DNA of 42,630 nucleotides from contig JACQTX010000204.1 of NCBI GenBank assembly GCA_016210585.1, positions 1 through 42,630 on the forward strand. Reading direction: 5' to 3'. Shown piece after piece: positions 16,901 to 25,178 of the stretch. The notes under the pieces are model-generated. The model had not been told where the DNA came from. It searched no databases and saw nothing but the letters and a program-made list of their open reading frames with translations. This DNA comes from Chloroflexota bacterium (GTDB lineage Bacteria > Chloroflexota > Dehalococcoidia > Dehalococcoidales > JAFGLR01). The first letter of the stretch is position 1. Every line of letters begins with the position of its first letter. A program made the position numbers and the translations under genes.

Positions 16901-17044
16901 AATGGCACCATATAAGCCATTGTGGTCGGTCAGCGCCAGGGCCGGCATATCAAGCTCTTTAGCCCGGGCGACCAGCTCCTCCGGCGGCGAGGCCCCGTCC
17001 AGCAGGGAGAAATGAGAGTGGCAATGCAGCTCGATGTAGTCCAT
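13940..17044 (-). CDS. dnaE2: Error-prone DNA polymerase III alpha (ImuC)
   Basis: PHP domain (HCHSHFSLLDG), GRGSAANS, PDIDID, KVDILGL, GFCKSHAA, C-terminal ARNFC matching the DnaE2 [S/T/G]R[D/N]F-type tail; adjacent to imuB. Confidence 0.93.
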   Translation of the reverse strand: MDYIELHCHSHFSLLDGASPPEELVARAKELDMPALALTDHNGLYGAIDFHKSARKLGVKPVIGVELTLSGGHHITLLARNNQGYANLCRIITKAQLDHSKGSPATDLAILGKHADGLICLSGCRKGEIPSLLFASKKEQAQMAVRKYLSIFGDNFFIELQNNLCPGDTPLCRQLVDLADTMGVRYVATNNVDYTTPDRHRLHDILVCIKNRTTLDKSGHVRRPNAEFYLKPAAEMASLFKEHPQALENTLRIASECNVDLNFAAYRFPEFPLSAGETADSYLAGLCWQKAKERYGDLSEKVRSQVSYELDLIRKLGLSGYFLIVWDIMDYARRNGIPAQGRGSAANSIIAYVLGITRVDPIRNKLFVGRFINEEMSAIPDIDIDVSTNHREKLIQYVYQKYGEEHTAMVCTYITFQARNAIREVGKVLGMPAAILDQMAKTVGAYSAREIGDDLGSLEKFRPYVTTLPWQYFLSFCKEIANFPRHLSIHVGGMIIASCPLCDIVPLERASMPGRVVCQWDKDGVEKAGLVKVDILGLRMLSLIDEAVNLVKQGHNAGFDLSRIPLDDGQVYDMICRGDTLGVFQVESRAQIQTLPRTRPRSIEDLTVEVAIIRPGPLQGNMVHPYINRRQGKEKVTYPHRILKPILEETLGVILFQEQVLQAAIAVAGFSPGEADSLRRAMSHKRSRQAIEDMRQRFLEGAQRNNIGEDVATRVFDTLKGFAEYGFCKSHAASFALLAYESAWLKYYYPAEFYAALLNNQPMGFYTPEVIVGDAKRHGVPVLPVDINHSQGRCTVERSKLRLGFCYVKEMGETAIDDMEQARGAASFLSLEDFYRRTRLGRAEIENLILAGAMDSFNVPRRQLLWELGELEQAGRDTLALEYHTYQVPLPGMTDWEKLAAEYSVQGLSARLHPMQLIRSTISGDGILTGARVMALSSGTRVKTAGYVVCRQAPATAKGHVFLTIEDETGLLNIVLRPDVYQKYRYIVRTEPLLVIEGVLQKKEGISNIIAKQVIPLQEHATAASAAPRARNFC

Positions 17045-17048
17045 GGGC

Positions 17049-17303
17049 TCAGTCCCGCAGCTTGCTCAGATACCACCTGCCGGCTACCAGGTCATGGTAG
17101 ATGTCATAGACCAGCCCTTGCGCTGTCTCAACTCTGAAATAGTCGCGCCGTATTTCTTCAGCCCACCAGCCATCGGCTATCCGCCAGTGCTCATAGATAC
17201 TGAGCACCCGGTGCATACGGCCATTCCGCTTGAGGTTGAGCGGCTTACCGTCACTATCTGTTTTGACCTCTATTTCTGGCAGACTGCCTGTTTGTCCGGT
17301 CAT
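17049..17303 (-). CDS. Small protein resembling the ImuB C-terminal WW...RDYF region (DUF6504-like)
   Basis: W.IADGWW....RRDYFRVET..G.VYDIY.D...GRWYL; ATGA overlap with the imuB stop. Confidence 0.75.
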   Translation of the reverse strand: MTGQTGSLPEIEVKTDSDGKPLNLKRNGRMHRVLSIYEHWRIADGWWAEEIRRDYFRVETAQGLVYDIYHDLVAGRWYLSKLRD

Positions 17304-18505
17304 TCTACCGCCTCCCGCTCACTGGCATCTTTCAGGGCAAAACGGCGCTCCGGGATGAAGGCCGTCGGGTCCTTTATGACTATCTGTTTGAGTGGCTGAT
17401 AGCCAAATCTTAGCTTTAGCTCGCCGGTCAGCCGGTCAAGCTCACGCCTGACTCTTTCGTGAGGCCACAAAGTAGGATGCTTGCCAGGCTCCTTCGTGAG
17501 CCAGAGGGAGATGGTCATACCTGATACTGGTGCCGGAAATTCTCGGCTCTCCAGCCAGGTTTCCAGGCGTCTCACGATGACATCGCTGGCAATAGTAGCC
17601 TCTTTCAAGGGCAGCCTTTGCGCTTCTTGTGTCCCGGACGCAAAGCTCAATCTGACCGTGATTTCACGGCAGAGCTTGCCATGCGCTTTCACGTCAGCAA
17701 GAAGCTTTCCCAGCACGGCGTCACCTGCCCGCAATATATCCAGGTAGCTGTCTATCGGCGGGTCAAACTCGATGGTATCCTCTACAATCTGAGGCTTCTT
17801 CCGGGGAATGAGCGGAGTAGGGTCAATCCCGTGCGACAGGTTGTGAAGGGTCATGCCTTCGCTGCCGAACTGGGTGACGAGCATTTCCCGTGGGAACCGG
17901 GAAAGCTGGCTGATAAAACGGATGCCCAGGAAACGCAGCCGCTCTTTGGCCTCATCGGAGCAAGGCAATAAATCTATCGAGAAAGAAGCGATGAAGTCCC
18001 GCTCTCTTCCCGGTGCCAGGATAACTGAAGCTTCCGGCGTGGCTACCAGGGCTGCCGCATGAGCGAAGAACTTGCCGCCGCTTATGCCGGCAGTGGCATC
18101 CAATCGGGTATCAGCACGTATTCTGGATACCATGTCACGGGTCAGTACCGCTTCATTTTGGACTCCGGCGACATCAAGACAGGCACAGCCGGGCTTCTCG
18201 GCATCTATTATGGGGCTGAAGTTTTCCAGGACGCTGAGCACTTCCTCATAAGCCTGCTCATACCGCTTCCCGTCCGCTGGCAAGAACTTCGCTTCGGGAC
18301 AAAGAGCATAAGCCTGGCGCAGTGACATGACACGGGCAACACCGGAGGCAGCCGCCTCTGGTGAAGCATCAAGGACAGGCTTGTCCTCGAAGGGCAACCC
18401 GCCAATTACAAGTGGCTGCCCTCGCCAGTCCGGGTTATGGCAAAGCTCCACCTGGACAGGCAAGTTATTGATTACCACACAGGCAATTCTCATCATTCTC
18501 TTCAC
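17300..18505 (-). CDS. imuB: ImuB-like catalytically inactive Y-family polymerase
   Basis: DinB-like fold motifs (ASPEA...GV...M.L.QA..LCP, FSP.I, GIS..KF.A, LGIR) but lacks the catalytic DxD and SIDE residues; upstream of dnaE2. Confidence 0.85.
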   Translation of the reverse strand: MKRMMRIACVVINNLPVQVELCHNPDWRGQPLVIGGLPFEDKPVLDASPEAAASGVARVMSLRQAYALCPEAKFLPADGKRYEQAYEEVLSVLENFSPIIDAEKPGCACLDVAGVQNEAVLTRDMVSRIRADTRLDATAGISGGKFFAHAAALVATPEASVILAPGRERDFIASFSIDLLPCSDEAKERLRFLGIRFISQLSRFPREMLVTQFGSEGMTLHNLSHGIDPTPLIPRKKPQIVEDTIEFDPPIDSYLDILRAGDAVLGKLLADVKAHGKLCREITVRLSFASGTQEAQRLPLKEATIASDVIVRRLETWLESREFPAPVSGMTISLWLTKEPGKHPTLWPHERVRRELDRLTGELKLRFGYQPLKQIVIKDPTAFIPERRFALKDASEREAVE

Positions 18506-18513
18506 CAGTAATG

Positions 18514-18527
18514 ATACACTTGTTCTA
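18514..18527 (-). promoter_or_regulatory. Putative LexA (SOS) box, GAAC-N4-GTTC type
   Basis: The minus strand reads TAGAAC-AAGT-GTAT immediately downstream of the -10 element of the imuB promoter; one half-site is perfect, the other degenerate. Confidence 0.6.
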
Positions 18528-18530
18528 GCA

Positions 18531-18567
18531 ATTATAGATTATATCTCTGCCTTTTCCCTTTCGTCAA
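18531..18567 (-). promoter_or_regulatory. Sigma70 promoter of the imuB-dnaE2 operon
   Basis: TTGACG (18567-18562) - 18 bp - TATAAT (18543-18538), with a second TATAAT at 18536-18531. Confidence 0.75.
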
Positions 18568-18822
18568 GAGAGGGGCATGGCCCCGGAATCAGCGATTGGC
18601 TTTACGGAAGATGATTTCGGGCAAATTCTTAGCTTCCAATCGCTATTTTGGGTGGGGAGGTGTATGTAACGGTAGGCGTCGAGGTGGGCGCCTCAGGAAA
18701 AGTGGGGGGCTAACCGTGGCTTACATAGCGTATTCAATCTTGGCAGATAGGGCGCGAGGAGGAAATGCTTCTCGAATCCAACAAAGTTAACAAGTGTGAC
18801 CTTGTCACTGGCTGGTTACCAC

Positions 18823-18844
18823 GGGGCGGGTTAGAACCCGCCCG
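18823..18844. repeat. REP-like palindrome
   Basis: GGGCGGGTT-AG-AACCCGCCC, resembling GGGGCGGGT..ACCCGCCC REP-type elements; single copy in the window. Confidence 0.4.
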
Positions 18845-19223
18845 CAATTTGAGCAACTGGAAGATACCTCATCTGCTCTATCTCACCAGGGCTTCGTGCA
18901 CCTGTCTTACCAAGTATCTCTCTTTGGCGTGAATTCCGTGTCCCCCACCGTGTAACTGGATGAGGGTGATAAGCTTGTCCTTAGCCTCATAGCCGAATAC
19001 CCCAAACAATCATACCTAAAACTTAGCTTTTTGATAATCTACTGTGATTGCCATTCTTATAAAGATGTGGCTAATCACATAGCGAGAATCCACGGACTAC
19101 GCTTTCGGACAGACGCTTGCTTGACAATGCGGGAAGCGCAGGGTAACATCGTTATTACTTCCAGTATTTGCAGACCTGGCCTTCAAAGCTGATTTCAAAA
19201 CTAAGTTGACAAGGAGTCCTGAG

Positions 19224-20510
19224 ATGCCTAATAGAGTAGTTGTTGTGGGTGGTGGTCTCAGCGGCTGTGCCGCGGCAGTGTCAGCTGCCAGAGCCGGAGC
19301 ACGAGTCACCCTGCTCGAGCGGATGGAGCTTCTCGGAGGCTGTGGGCTACTTGCGGGTAGAGTGGACCAGCGGTACTTCCCGGTCAGGGAAGAGTTACGG
19401 CTGATGGGTGGAGACGACATCTTTCGCTTGCTTGATAGTTGCACCCTCCACGAAAAGGTGGAATTTCCCTGGCCAAAACCCGGGGCAACCAAAACAATAT
19501 ACGACGTCACCAGGCTCGACCCTGTCTTGAAGAAACTTATGGATGAGATTGGTGTCGAGGTGCGATTGCAGTCGCGGGCAAAAGACGTTAGGATGGTCGG
19601 GCAGCGCCTTCAGGCGGTCACATTGGATGATAAGTCCTTGGTGAACGGAGACGTCTTCCTTGATTGTACCGGCGCCGTGGGACCTACCGGAAACTGCAAG
19701 CGGTACGGCAGTGGATGTGTTATGTGCATCATGCGTTGCCCGTCATTTGGTGACAGAGTCAGCATCGTAGCCAAGGCCGGTGTTAAGGAGTTAAAGGGGA
19801 AAAAGCCTGATGGGTCAATTGGTCCCAGGGGAGCTTCTTTTAGTTTGCTGAAGGAAAGTATGAGCCCTGAATTGAGACAGGAAATGGAGCGCGAAGGTTT
19901 GGTAGCGGTGCCACTGCCGCAGGAGATGGTTGATTACAAGCGTACCGACAATATCACCGCCAGCATGAATATTGACAGGGGTTTTGCGGAACATATAGTG
20001 CTGGTTGACACCGGGGCGTATGCCAAGAGCATTGCTACGGGGTACCGGACGCTATCGGAACTGAGGAAACTACCTGGCCTGGAGCGGGCGATATTCGCTA
20101 CTCCTTACGCCGCGACACTGGGCCTTTACGTGTCGTTTATGGCGCTTTCGCCGAGGGGTGCGGCGCTTAATGTCCCAGGCATTGAGAACCTCTTCGTGGC
20201 TAGTGAGAAACTGGGTATTAGCGGCATCGGCGAAGTCATAGCAACGGGCGTGGTGGCCGGGCACAATGCGGCTCGAAGGGCGGCCGGCGTGGCTCCCCTA
20301 ATTCTGCCCAGAACGACGATGTTGGGGGACTTCATTGGCTATGTTAAGGAGAGGTGGAATACTGAGGAGGGACTAAAGTCCAGGTTCCATTTGCTGCCTG
20401 GACCTTACTTCACCAGAGCTGTCGAGTCCGGCTTATACACTGAAGATAAGAGCTCGATACATCTGCGGATGGAGCAGGGCGGTCTGTTGAATATTCTTGG
20501 CCCTTTGTAG
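19224..20510 (+). CDS. FAD-dependent oxidoreductase (GidA/MnmG-N-like family)
   Basis: VVVGGGLSGCAAA...LLER..LLGG Rossmann motif; Cys cluster CKRYGSGCVMCIMRCP; NLFVASEK.G...GVVAGHNA; RBS AAGGAG. Confidence 0.85.
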   Translation: MPNRVVVVGGGLSGCAAAVSAARAGARVTLLERMELLGGCGLLAGRVDQRYFPVREELRLMGGDDIFRLLDSCTLHEKVEFPWPKPGATKTIYDVTRLDPVLKKLMDEIGVEVRLQSRAKDVRMVGQRLQAVTLDDKSLVNGDVFLDCTGAVGPTGNCKRYGSGCVMCIMRCPSFGDRVSIVAKAGVKELKGKKPDGSIGPRGASFSLLKESMSPELRQEMEREGLVAVPLPQEMVDYKRTDNITASMNIDRGFAEHIVLVDTGAYAKSIATGYRTLSELRKLPGLERAIFATPYAATLGLYVSFMALSPRGAALNVPGIENLFVASEKLGISGIGEVIATGVVAGHNAARRAAGVAPLILPRTTMLGDFIGYVKERWNTEEGLKSRFHLLPGPYFTRAVESGLYTEDKSSIHLRMEQGGLLNILGPL

Positions 20511-20597
20511 GCCAACAGGGTAGGGTGAAACGTCTAACGTATTCTATGAAGACTGCCTCGCCATAGATGTAGCTCGCTCGCCTCGACTGAGGATAGC

Positions 20598-20735
20598 CTA
20601 TCGGATGGCGTCTTCTCTCTCCAACTCTGGAATAATCCAGTCAAGTTCTAGTTCCCCGATCTTTTCTCTTCTTTGCAAGCCAGTGGCCACATCCCACCCT
20701 CTCGCTCCATAATACTCGTCGAGCATGGTCTCCAG
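20598..20735 (-). pseudogene. C-terminal stub of an aldehyde:ferredoxin oxidoreductase
   Basis: LETMLDEYYGARGWDVATGLQRREKIGELEL aligns with the end of the AOR at 38645-40567 (LKPVLDEYYQARGWDVTTGLQTRQTLQELGL). Confidence 0.8.
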
Positions 20736-20828
20736 TCGCCAAACACCTATCGCATGTTGTGTAAGCTCCATCATAGCAGGAAGTGCCACTACGAAGAATG
20801 CACCGGGAACTGACCCTGTTAGCATCTT

Positions 20829-22106
20829 CTATTGCCTGGACTTTTCCTGGTTACACAGTTCGAGAGCAATCATCGCATACAGACTGGCAGCCTTGTGCAA
20901 ATCATCCACGCCAATACGGAAATTGCCGCCGCCACTTGCCGCCGCTGGTCCGTAGGTCAAGGCGGGAATGCCTACCTCGTTGAAAACATTGGTGTCTCGC
21001 CACATGCTACATAGCGGGCCACTGCCTACTCTGGGTTTTTCGTTGAAGAGTCTGAAGTGGGAATGTTCAACAGCTTGGATAAGAGGGCCAATATTCTTGG
21101 CCTCGTAACCGTTCCGCGATACGAAGATATCTACTTGCCCCTCCAATTCCAGGGAATGCAGGAGCTCTTCAAGCTCGGCCTTGAGGGCCAGGACATCCTG
21201 GCCGGGGCTAGTCATAATGCTAACGTATATCGAGCAAAGCTCTGACGTCCTGGGCAGACGGCTCAATGTTCCGCCTCTAATAGCGCCGATAGCGACTCTG
21301 GGAATTACCGTACCGCCGGGACAAATGTAGGTATGCTTCTTTTCGTAGTCCAGAGCCCAATCTTCGAGTCTCTGGATAAGTTTCGTCATGCGCACAATGG
21401 CGTTGGGGTTACGTTCTACAGGATACGGTCTAGCGAGATAAGGGGTATAAATAGACCTCTCGCCGACCACGGTGATTTTGGTGAAGACCTCGCCCGCTTC
21501 AACCCAGGCTAGCTCGAAGTTGCTAGCCTCAGCCACCAGGGCAAAATCAGCTATAATACCGTGGGTGACAAGCCACGGTGCCCCTACTGCCCGGCCATAA
21601 AGATGCTGGGCCTCGGTCCCGTCCGGAACTGGTTCCAACGATATTTCGCCGCTCACCGCGGTAAGTAGCAGGTCACCCTTGAGCCTAGCCTTAGCCTGCT
21701 TAAGTGCTTTCCCGGCAATCAAAAAGCAGGCCAAGGGACCCTTATCATTGACGATGCCTTCCCCGTATAGCGTGTCCCCTTCTTGCCACGCACCACGGTA
21801 AATTGGCTCATTGCTATCACGTCGCGTCCAGACCTCGTCCGGCGACACCGCGACATCCATATGGCTGTTGAACAGGAGACTATACCCACCGCCAGTTCCC
21901 TCGCATACTCCCACCACATTAGGGCGGTCTTCTGTCAGGCCAAGAACCTTGGTGGGGAAACCCTCTCGTCGCAACCAGTTGGCGACAAAATCCGCCACAT
22001 CCTTCTCTCGTCCTGCGGGGCTGTCTATGTTGCCGAGGTCAAGGGCCAGTCTGGTTAGCTCTTCTCGGTCAATTTTGGCCAAGACTTCTGCTGTTTGAGA
22101 ATCCAT
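20829..22106 (-). CDS. M20 family metallopeptidase/deacylase (ArgE/DapE-like)
   Basis: RPNVVG, LLFNSHMDV, LYGEGIVNDKG, GEI, AEAS, GIPALTYGP; RBS GGAGGGGG. Confidence 0.88.
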   Translation of the reverse strand: MDSQTAEVLAKIDREELTRLALDLGNIDSPAGREKDVADFVANWLRREGFPTKVLGLTEDRPNVVGVCEGTGGGYSLLFNSHMDVAVSPDEVWTRRDSNEPIYRGAWQEGDTLYGEGIVNDKGPLACFLIAGKALKQAKARLKGDLLLTAVSGEISLEPVPDGTEAQHLYGRAVGAPWLVTHGIIADFALVAEASNFELAWVEAGEVFTKITVVGERSIYTPYLARPYPVERNPNAIVRMTKLIQRLEDWALDYEKKHTYICPGGTVIPRVAIGAIRGGTLSRLPRTSELCSIYVSIMTSPGQDVLALKAELEELLHSLELEGQVDIFVSRNGYEAKNIGPLIQAVEHSHFRLFNEKPRVGSGPLCSMWRDTNVFNEVGIPALTYGPAAASGGGNFRIGVDDLHKAASLYAMIALELCNQEKSRQ

Positions 22107-22190
22107 GGGTCAACCCCCTCCGAATAAGATGAGAGAATTTAACACTTTTGGGCATTCCTGTCAACCTAATGGAACGCTGTCCAGTCTCAG

Positions 22191-23627
22191 CTACTTCACC
22201 AAGTTCTCATCCGCCCGCCTAACTATCCTGTCCAGTTCTTTCTGCACTTCCTCGGGTAAATGCTGGGGTTGTAGCTTTTTCTTGAGCTCCTGGTATTCCT
22301 CAATCGCGCGGGCACGCAGGTCTTTTCCACCACTTGACCGCCATATTTCTAGCGGCGGAAGCAGAAACAGGTCTTGTCGTAGAGCATCGTGACAATGTCG
22401 CAAGGTATGTTTGGTATCCATGAAGTGGCCATCAGGAGCGACTTCAAGAATCTCCTGAAAAGCCAGGGTGTCATCATCAACCTTCACTCCGGAGTTGAGT
22501 CGTTTCAAAGCAGCAGTAAGGCTATTATCAATGATTAGTTGCACCGGACTGATGGCTTTAGCCACATTCAACTGCCCGGCGCCGCCCAAGATATCCCCGC
22601 CAGCTGCCGCAATTAGCATTGCCATGCGGGAACTTTCAATCATGCCCTGGCCATCTGGAATGAACGCATCGGCACCAAAACCGTAAGTGTGTACGGGTAT
22701 TCGGAAAACTTCCTTGACGAATTGTGTGCAGGCAGCCGTGCTCAGCAATGATTCAACGGTTGACTGCCCGACCTGGCCGCTGAGCATATCTATGCTGAAT
22801 GATAGTGGCATCCCGATGACTGGCGTGCCAGGCTTTATCATCTGGCTCATTGTAATCATGGCCAATATGACTACGGAAGAGAGTAGCGCCGTGCCGGCGA
22901 TGGTAATCGGCGCAGTTCCCCCAGAACTGGCCAAGCAGCCCGCCAGCAGCGGCACACCATACTGGCATATCAATAGGATTCCCGCCATGTTCCAGTCCTT
23001 AAAGCCTAGCGGCGCCAGTGACCCACCAATTACCTGTATCCTTGGCCTCTTCTTCAACTCGGCTTCGCTGCCGCTCACCGCCAAAGCAAGCTCAAACAGG
23101 TACTCAAGACTCTGCATGCCGTAAGGCTGTACCATGATGTGCTTTGAAGTATTCTCCAGCAAAAGCTTGAAGGCGTGGATATCAGCAGTTTGTGCCGGTA
23201 CATCCCTGGGTGAAGGCAAACCACAAACATTGATTTCAGACAGGATGTCTACGAGTTGAACGCATTCTCGTGTGTAACTCAGAGTCAGGTCATGGTAAGC
23301 ATTAGTCTCCGGGACGATATAAGATACAGCCCCTGTGCTGCTGCGCGTGTAGAATAGACCTTCGGGATGTGGCAAGAGATAAGAGTTCTTGTTTCCATCA
23401 GCCAGCGTCACAGAGTGCGGCACGGTGCGCAACGCATTCTCTATTATCTCTCTGGGGAAACAGACCTGCCGATTGCTGAAATCAACATTTGCCCCCAGTT
23501 TTTTCAAGATGTTCAGCCCTTTTTCGTAATTGACTCTCACACCTTTGTTGGACAGAAGATAAAGGCTCTTCTCGTAGATAGTGCTCATTTCCGCTTCAGA
23601 AAGCAATCTAAGCATTGACGTCTTCAT
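22191..23627 (-). CDS. Trimethylamine methyltransferase (MttB) family protein, non-pyrrolysine, copy 1
   Basis: SKH, APITIAG, PGTPVI, DA..PD.Q..E, GAGQL, GHF...HTL motifs; no in-frame TAG; RBS AGGAGG before ATG 23627. Confidence 0.9.
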   Translation of the reverse strand: MKTSMLRLLSEAEMSTIYEKSLYLLSNKGVRVNYEKGLNILKKLGANVDFSNRQVCFPREIIENALRTVPHSVTLADGNKNSYLLPHPEGLFYTRSSTGAVSYIVPETNAYHDLTLSYTRECVQLVDILSEINVCGLPSPRDVPAQTADIHAFKLLLENTSKHIMVQPYGMQSLEYLFELALAVSGSEAELKKRPRIQVIGGSLAPLGFKDWNMAGILLICQYGVPLLAGCLASSGGTAPITIAGTALLSSVVILAMITMSQMIKPGTPVIGMPLSFSIDMLSGQVGQSTVESLLSTAACTQFVKEVFRIPVHTYGFGADAFIPDGQGMIESSRMAMLIAAAGGDILGGAGQLNVAKAISPVQLIIDNSLTAALKRLNSGVKVDDDTLAFQEILEVAPDGHFMDTKHTLRHCHDALRQDLFLLPPLEIWRSSGGKDLRARAIEEYQELKKKLQPQHLPEEVQKELDRIVRRADENLVK

Positions 23628-23773
23628 TGGCTGAAGCACCTCCTAAAAATAGATAACGGTTTTGAATGCGAAACGATATTGGTCCCGTTGCAGTCTGCTC
23701 GAAAACATGACTGGGAGCATTGCTAAGAAGCACAGAAGTTCGTCCCCTTTGTCGGCGAAATTATATAATCGGC

Positions 23774-23803
23774 ATAATAACCTCTTAATGGTTACTTTGT
23801 CAA
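23774..23803 (-). promoter_or_regulatory. Sigma70 promoter for MttB copy 1
   Basis: TTGACA-18-TATTAT; similar to the promoter of copy 2. Confidence 0.6.
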
Positions 23804-23923
23804 GCCAAACGCTCTTCTGCCGACCGCTCTCCTGGTAGTGCAATATGGGACACTCTTGCTCCGCTACATAGTTGCATATGTGCATGAGCCGCTGGCACGA
23901 GGCTACGTTCGGAATAGGAATGA

Positions 23924-24868
23924 CTAGAGAGCTGTCAATATGAGAATCTCTGCAATGAAGCAAAGGAATGCTGCAGGGATAACAATTAGGGACCGTCTCG
24001 ATAATGGGACCCCTCTTAGACGTTCACCAAACATGCTCAGGGGCACAGCCAGAAGCGGCCAAACAGCCACTATGAGTGCGGCCAGTGAAACTCCGAGTTT
24101 GGCGATACCGCTGAAATAGAAGGTATAACCGATTGCCATACTTAGCACCCCGTGAAGTGCAAAGAAGGCATAACCTCTTTTCTTGGGGGACGCTCCGTTA
24201 ATAACTGTTTTCCCTCTCTTTATCAACAATAATGCGGGCAGGAGCATCAATATCGCAGAAGCCAAACCTGCCAACAGGGCATAATATGTCGCGGTGATAG
24301 GATTTGTATCAGCCGTTCCCAGCTTGATAAAGACCTCGCCGAGTGACCAACTCAAAGGGGCACCCAGTGCAACTAGAAAGGGCATCGCGCCCTGCAGGTG
24401 TCTTACTCCCGAAACATTTTTCGCCTTTTTTTCCTTACTGAGAGCTACCAGAACCAGACCTAACAACAGTAAAGCGGCACCAATCAAGATACGCGGGTGG
24501 ACAATTATCCGTTCACCCAGTATCCAGGTGCCTAATAGAACGGAGAACAAAAGCTTGGAAGACACAAATGGCGCCGCTCTCTTAGCCGCAATCATTCTTA
24601 TGGATATGTAGTAGCAGCCAGTTCCCAGAGGAAAAGTAAGAATACCGGCCAAAATAAGGTAGAGAGAGGATAAGACGGGAGGCACAAGCAGGGGTTTGGT
24701 GACCACAAAAGTCAATAATATGCTCCCTATTGCGAACGCCAGGCAGAGGCCCAACGAGATGTGGCGCCAGCTTGTCCCAACATAGTAAATACCAGACTCT
24801 ATTGCTGGCGCGGAAATCGCCCAAGCGAGGGCCGCGATAGCAACATAGGTAAGACTTACAGGCTCCAA
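23924..24868 (-). CDS. DMT/EamA family transporter
   Basis: About 10 hydrophobic segments in two repeats; GERI motif. Confidence 0.85.
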   Translation of the reverse strand: MEPVSLTYVAIAALAWAISAPAIESGIYYVGTSWRHISLGLCLAFAIGSILLTFVVTKPLLVPPVLSSLYLILAGILTFPLGTGCYYISIRMIAAKRAAPFVSSKLLFSVLLGTWILGERIIVHPRILIGAALLLLGLVLVALSKEKKAKNVSGVRHLQGAMPFLVALGAPLSWSLGEVFIKLGTADTNPITATYYALLAGLASAILMLLPALLLIKRGKTVINGASPKKRGYAFFALHGVLSMAIGYTFYFSGIAKLGVSLAALIVAVWPLLAVPLSMFGERLRGVPLSRRSLIVIPAAFLCFIAEILILTAL

Positions 24869-25148
24869 ATCACATTTCCTTTACAAGTTCTCATTGAAAG
24901 CCTTATCGGTTTTTCGTCCTCGGATAATATAGCACATGTTCTGTAGCATCGCTTCTGAGGTTGGACAGCCACTCATTATCAAGCTAAAGTTCTTTGCCGG
25001 CCTGGTGCATCTGAAGAAGTAGTATTACACAGTTACCACCTCCCCAGCAAGGCGCTGATGAAAACCCACTGGATACCCGCGGCTTGCCGTGATGCTACGT
25101 GGTATTCAAACTTGCCAGGACTTGATGCTTGCAGCCCACATTTTTGAC

Positions 25149-25178
25149 TTGACAAGACATTAGGGGAAACGCTATATT
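25149..25178 (+). promoter_or_regulatory. Putative sigma70 promoter upstream of the TRAP permeases
   Basis: TTGACA-18-TATATT. Confidence 0.5.

Noticed and set aside
24929-24942. AGAAC-ATGT-GCTA upstream of the DMT gene as a second SOS box
   Set aside because: Only one half-site matches; better explained as an extended -10 (TGCTATATT) like other promoters here.
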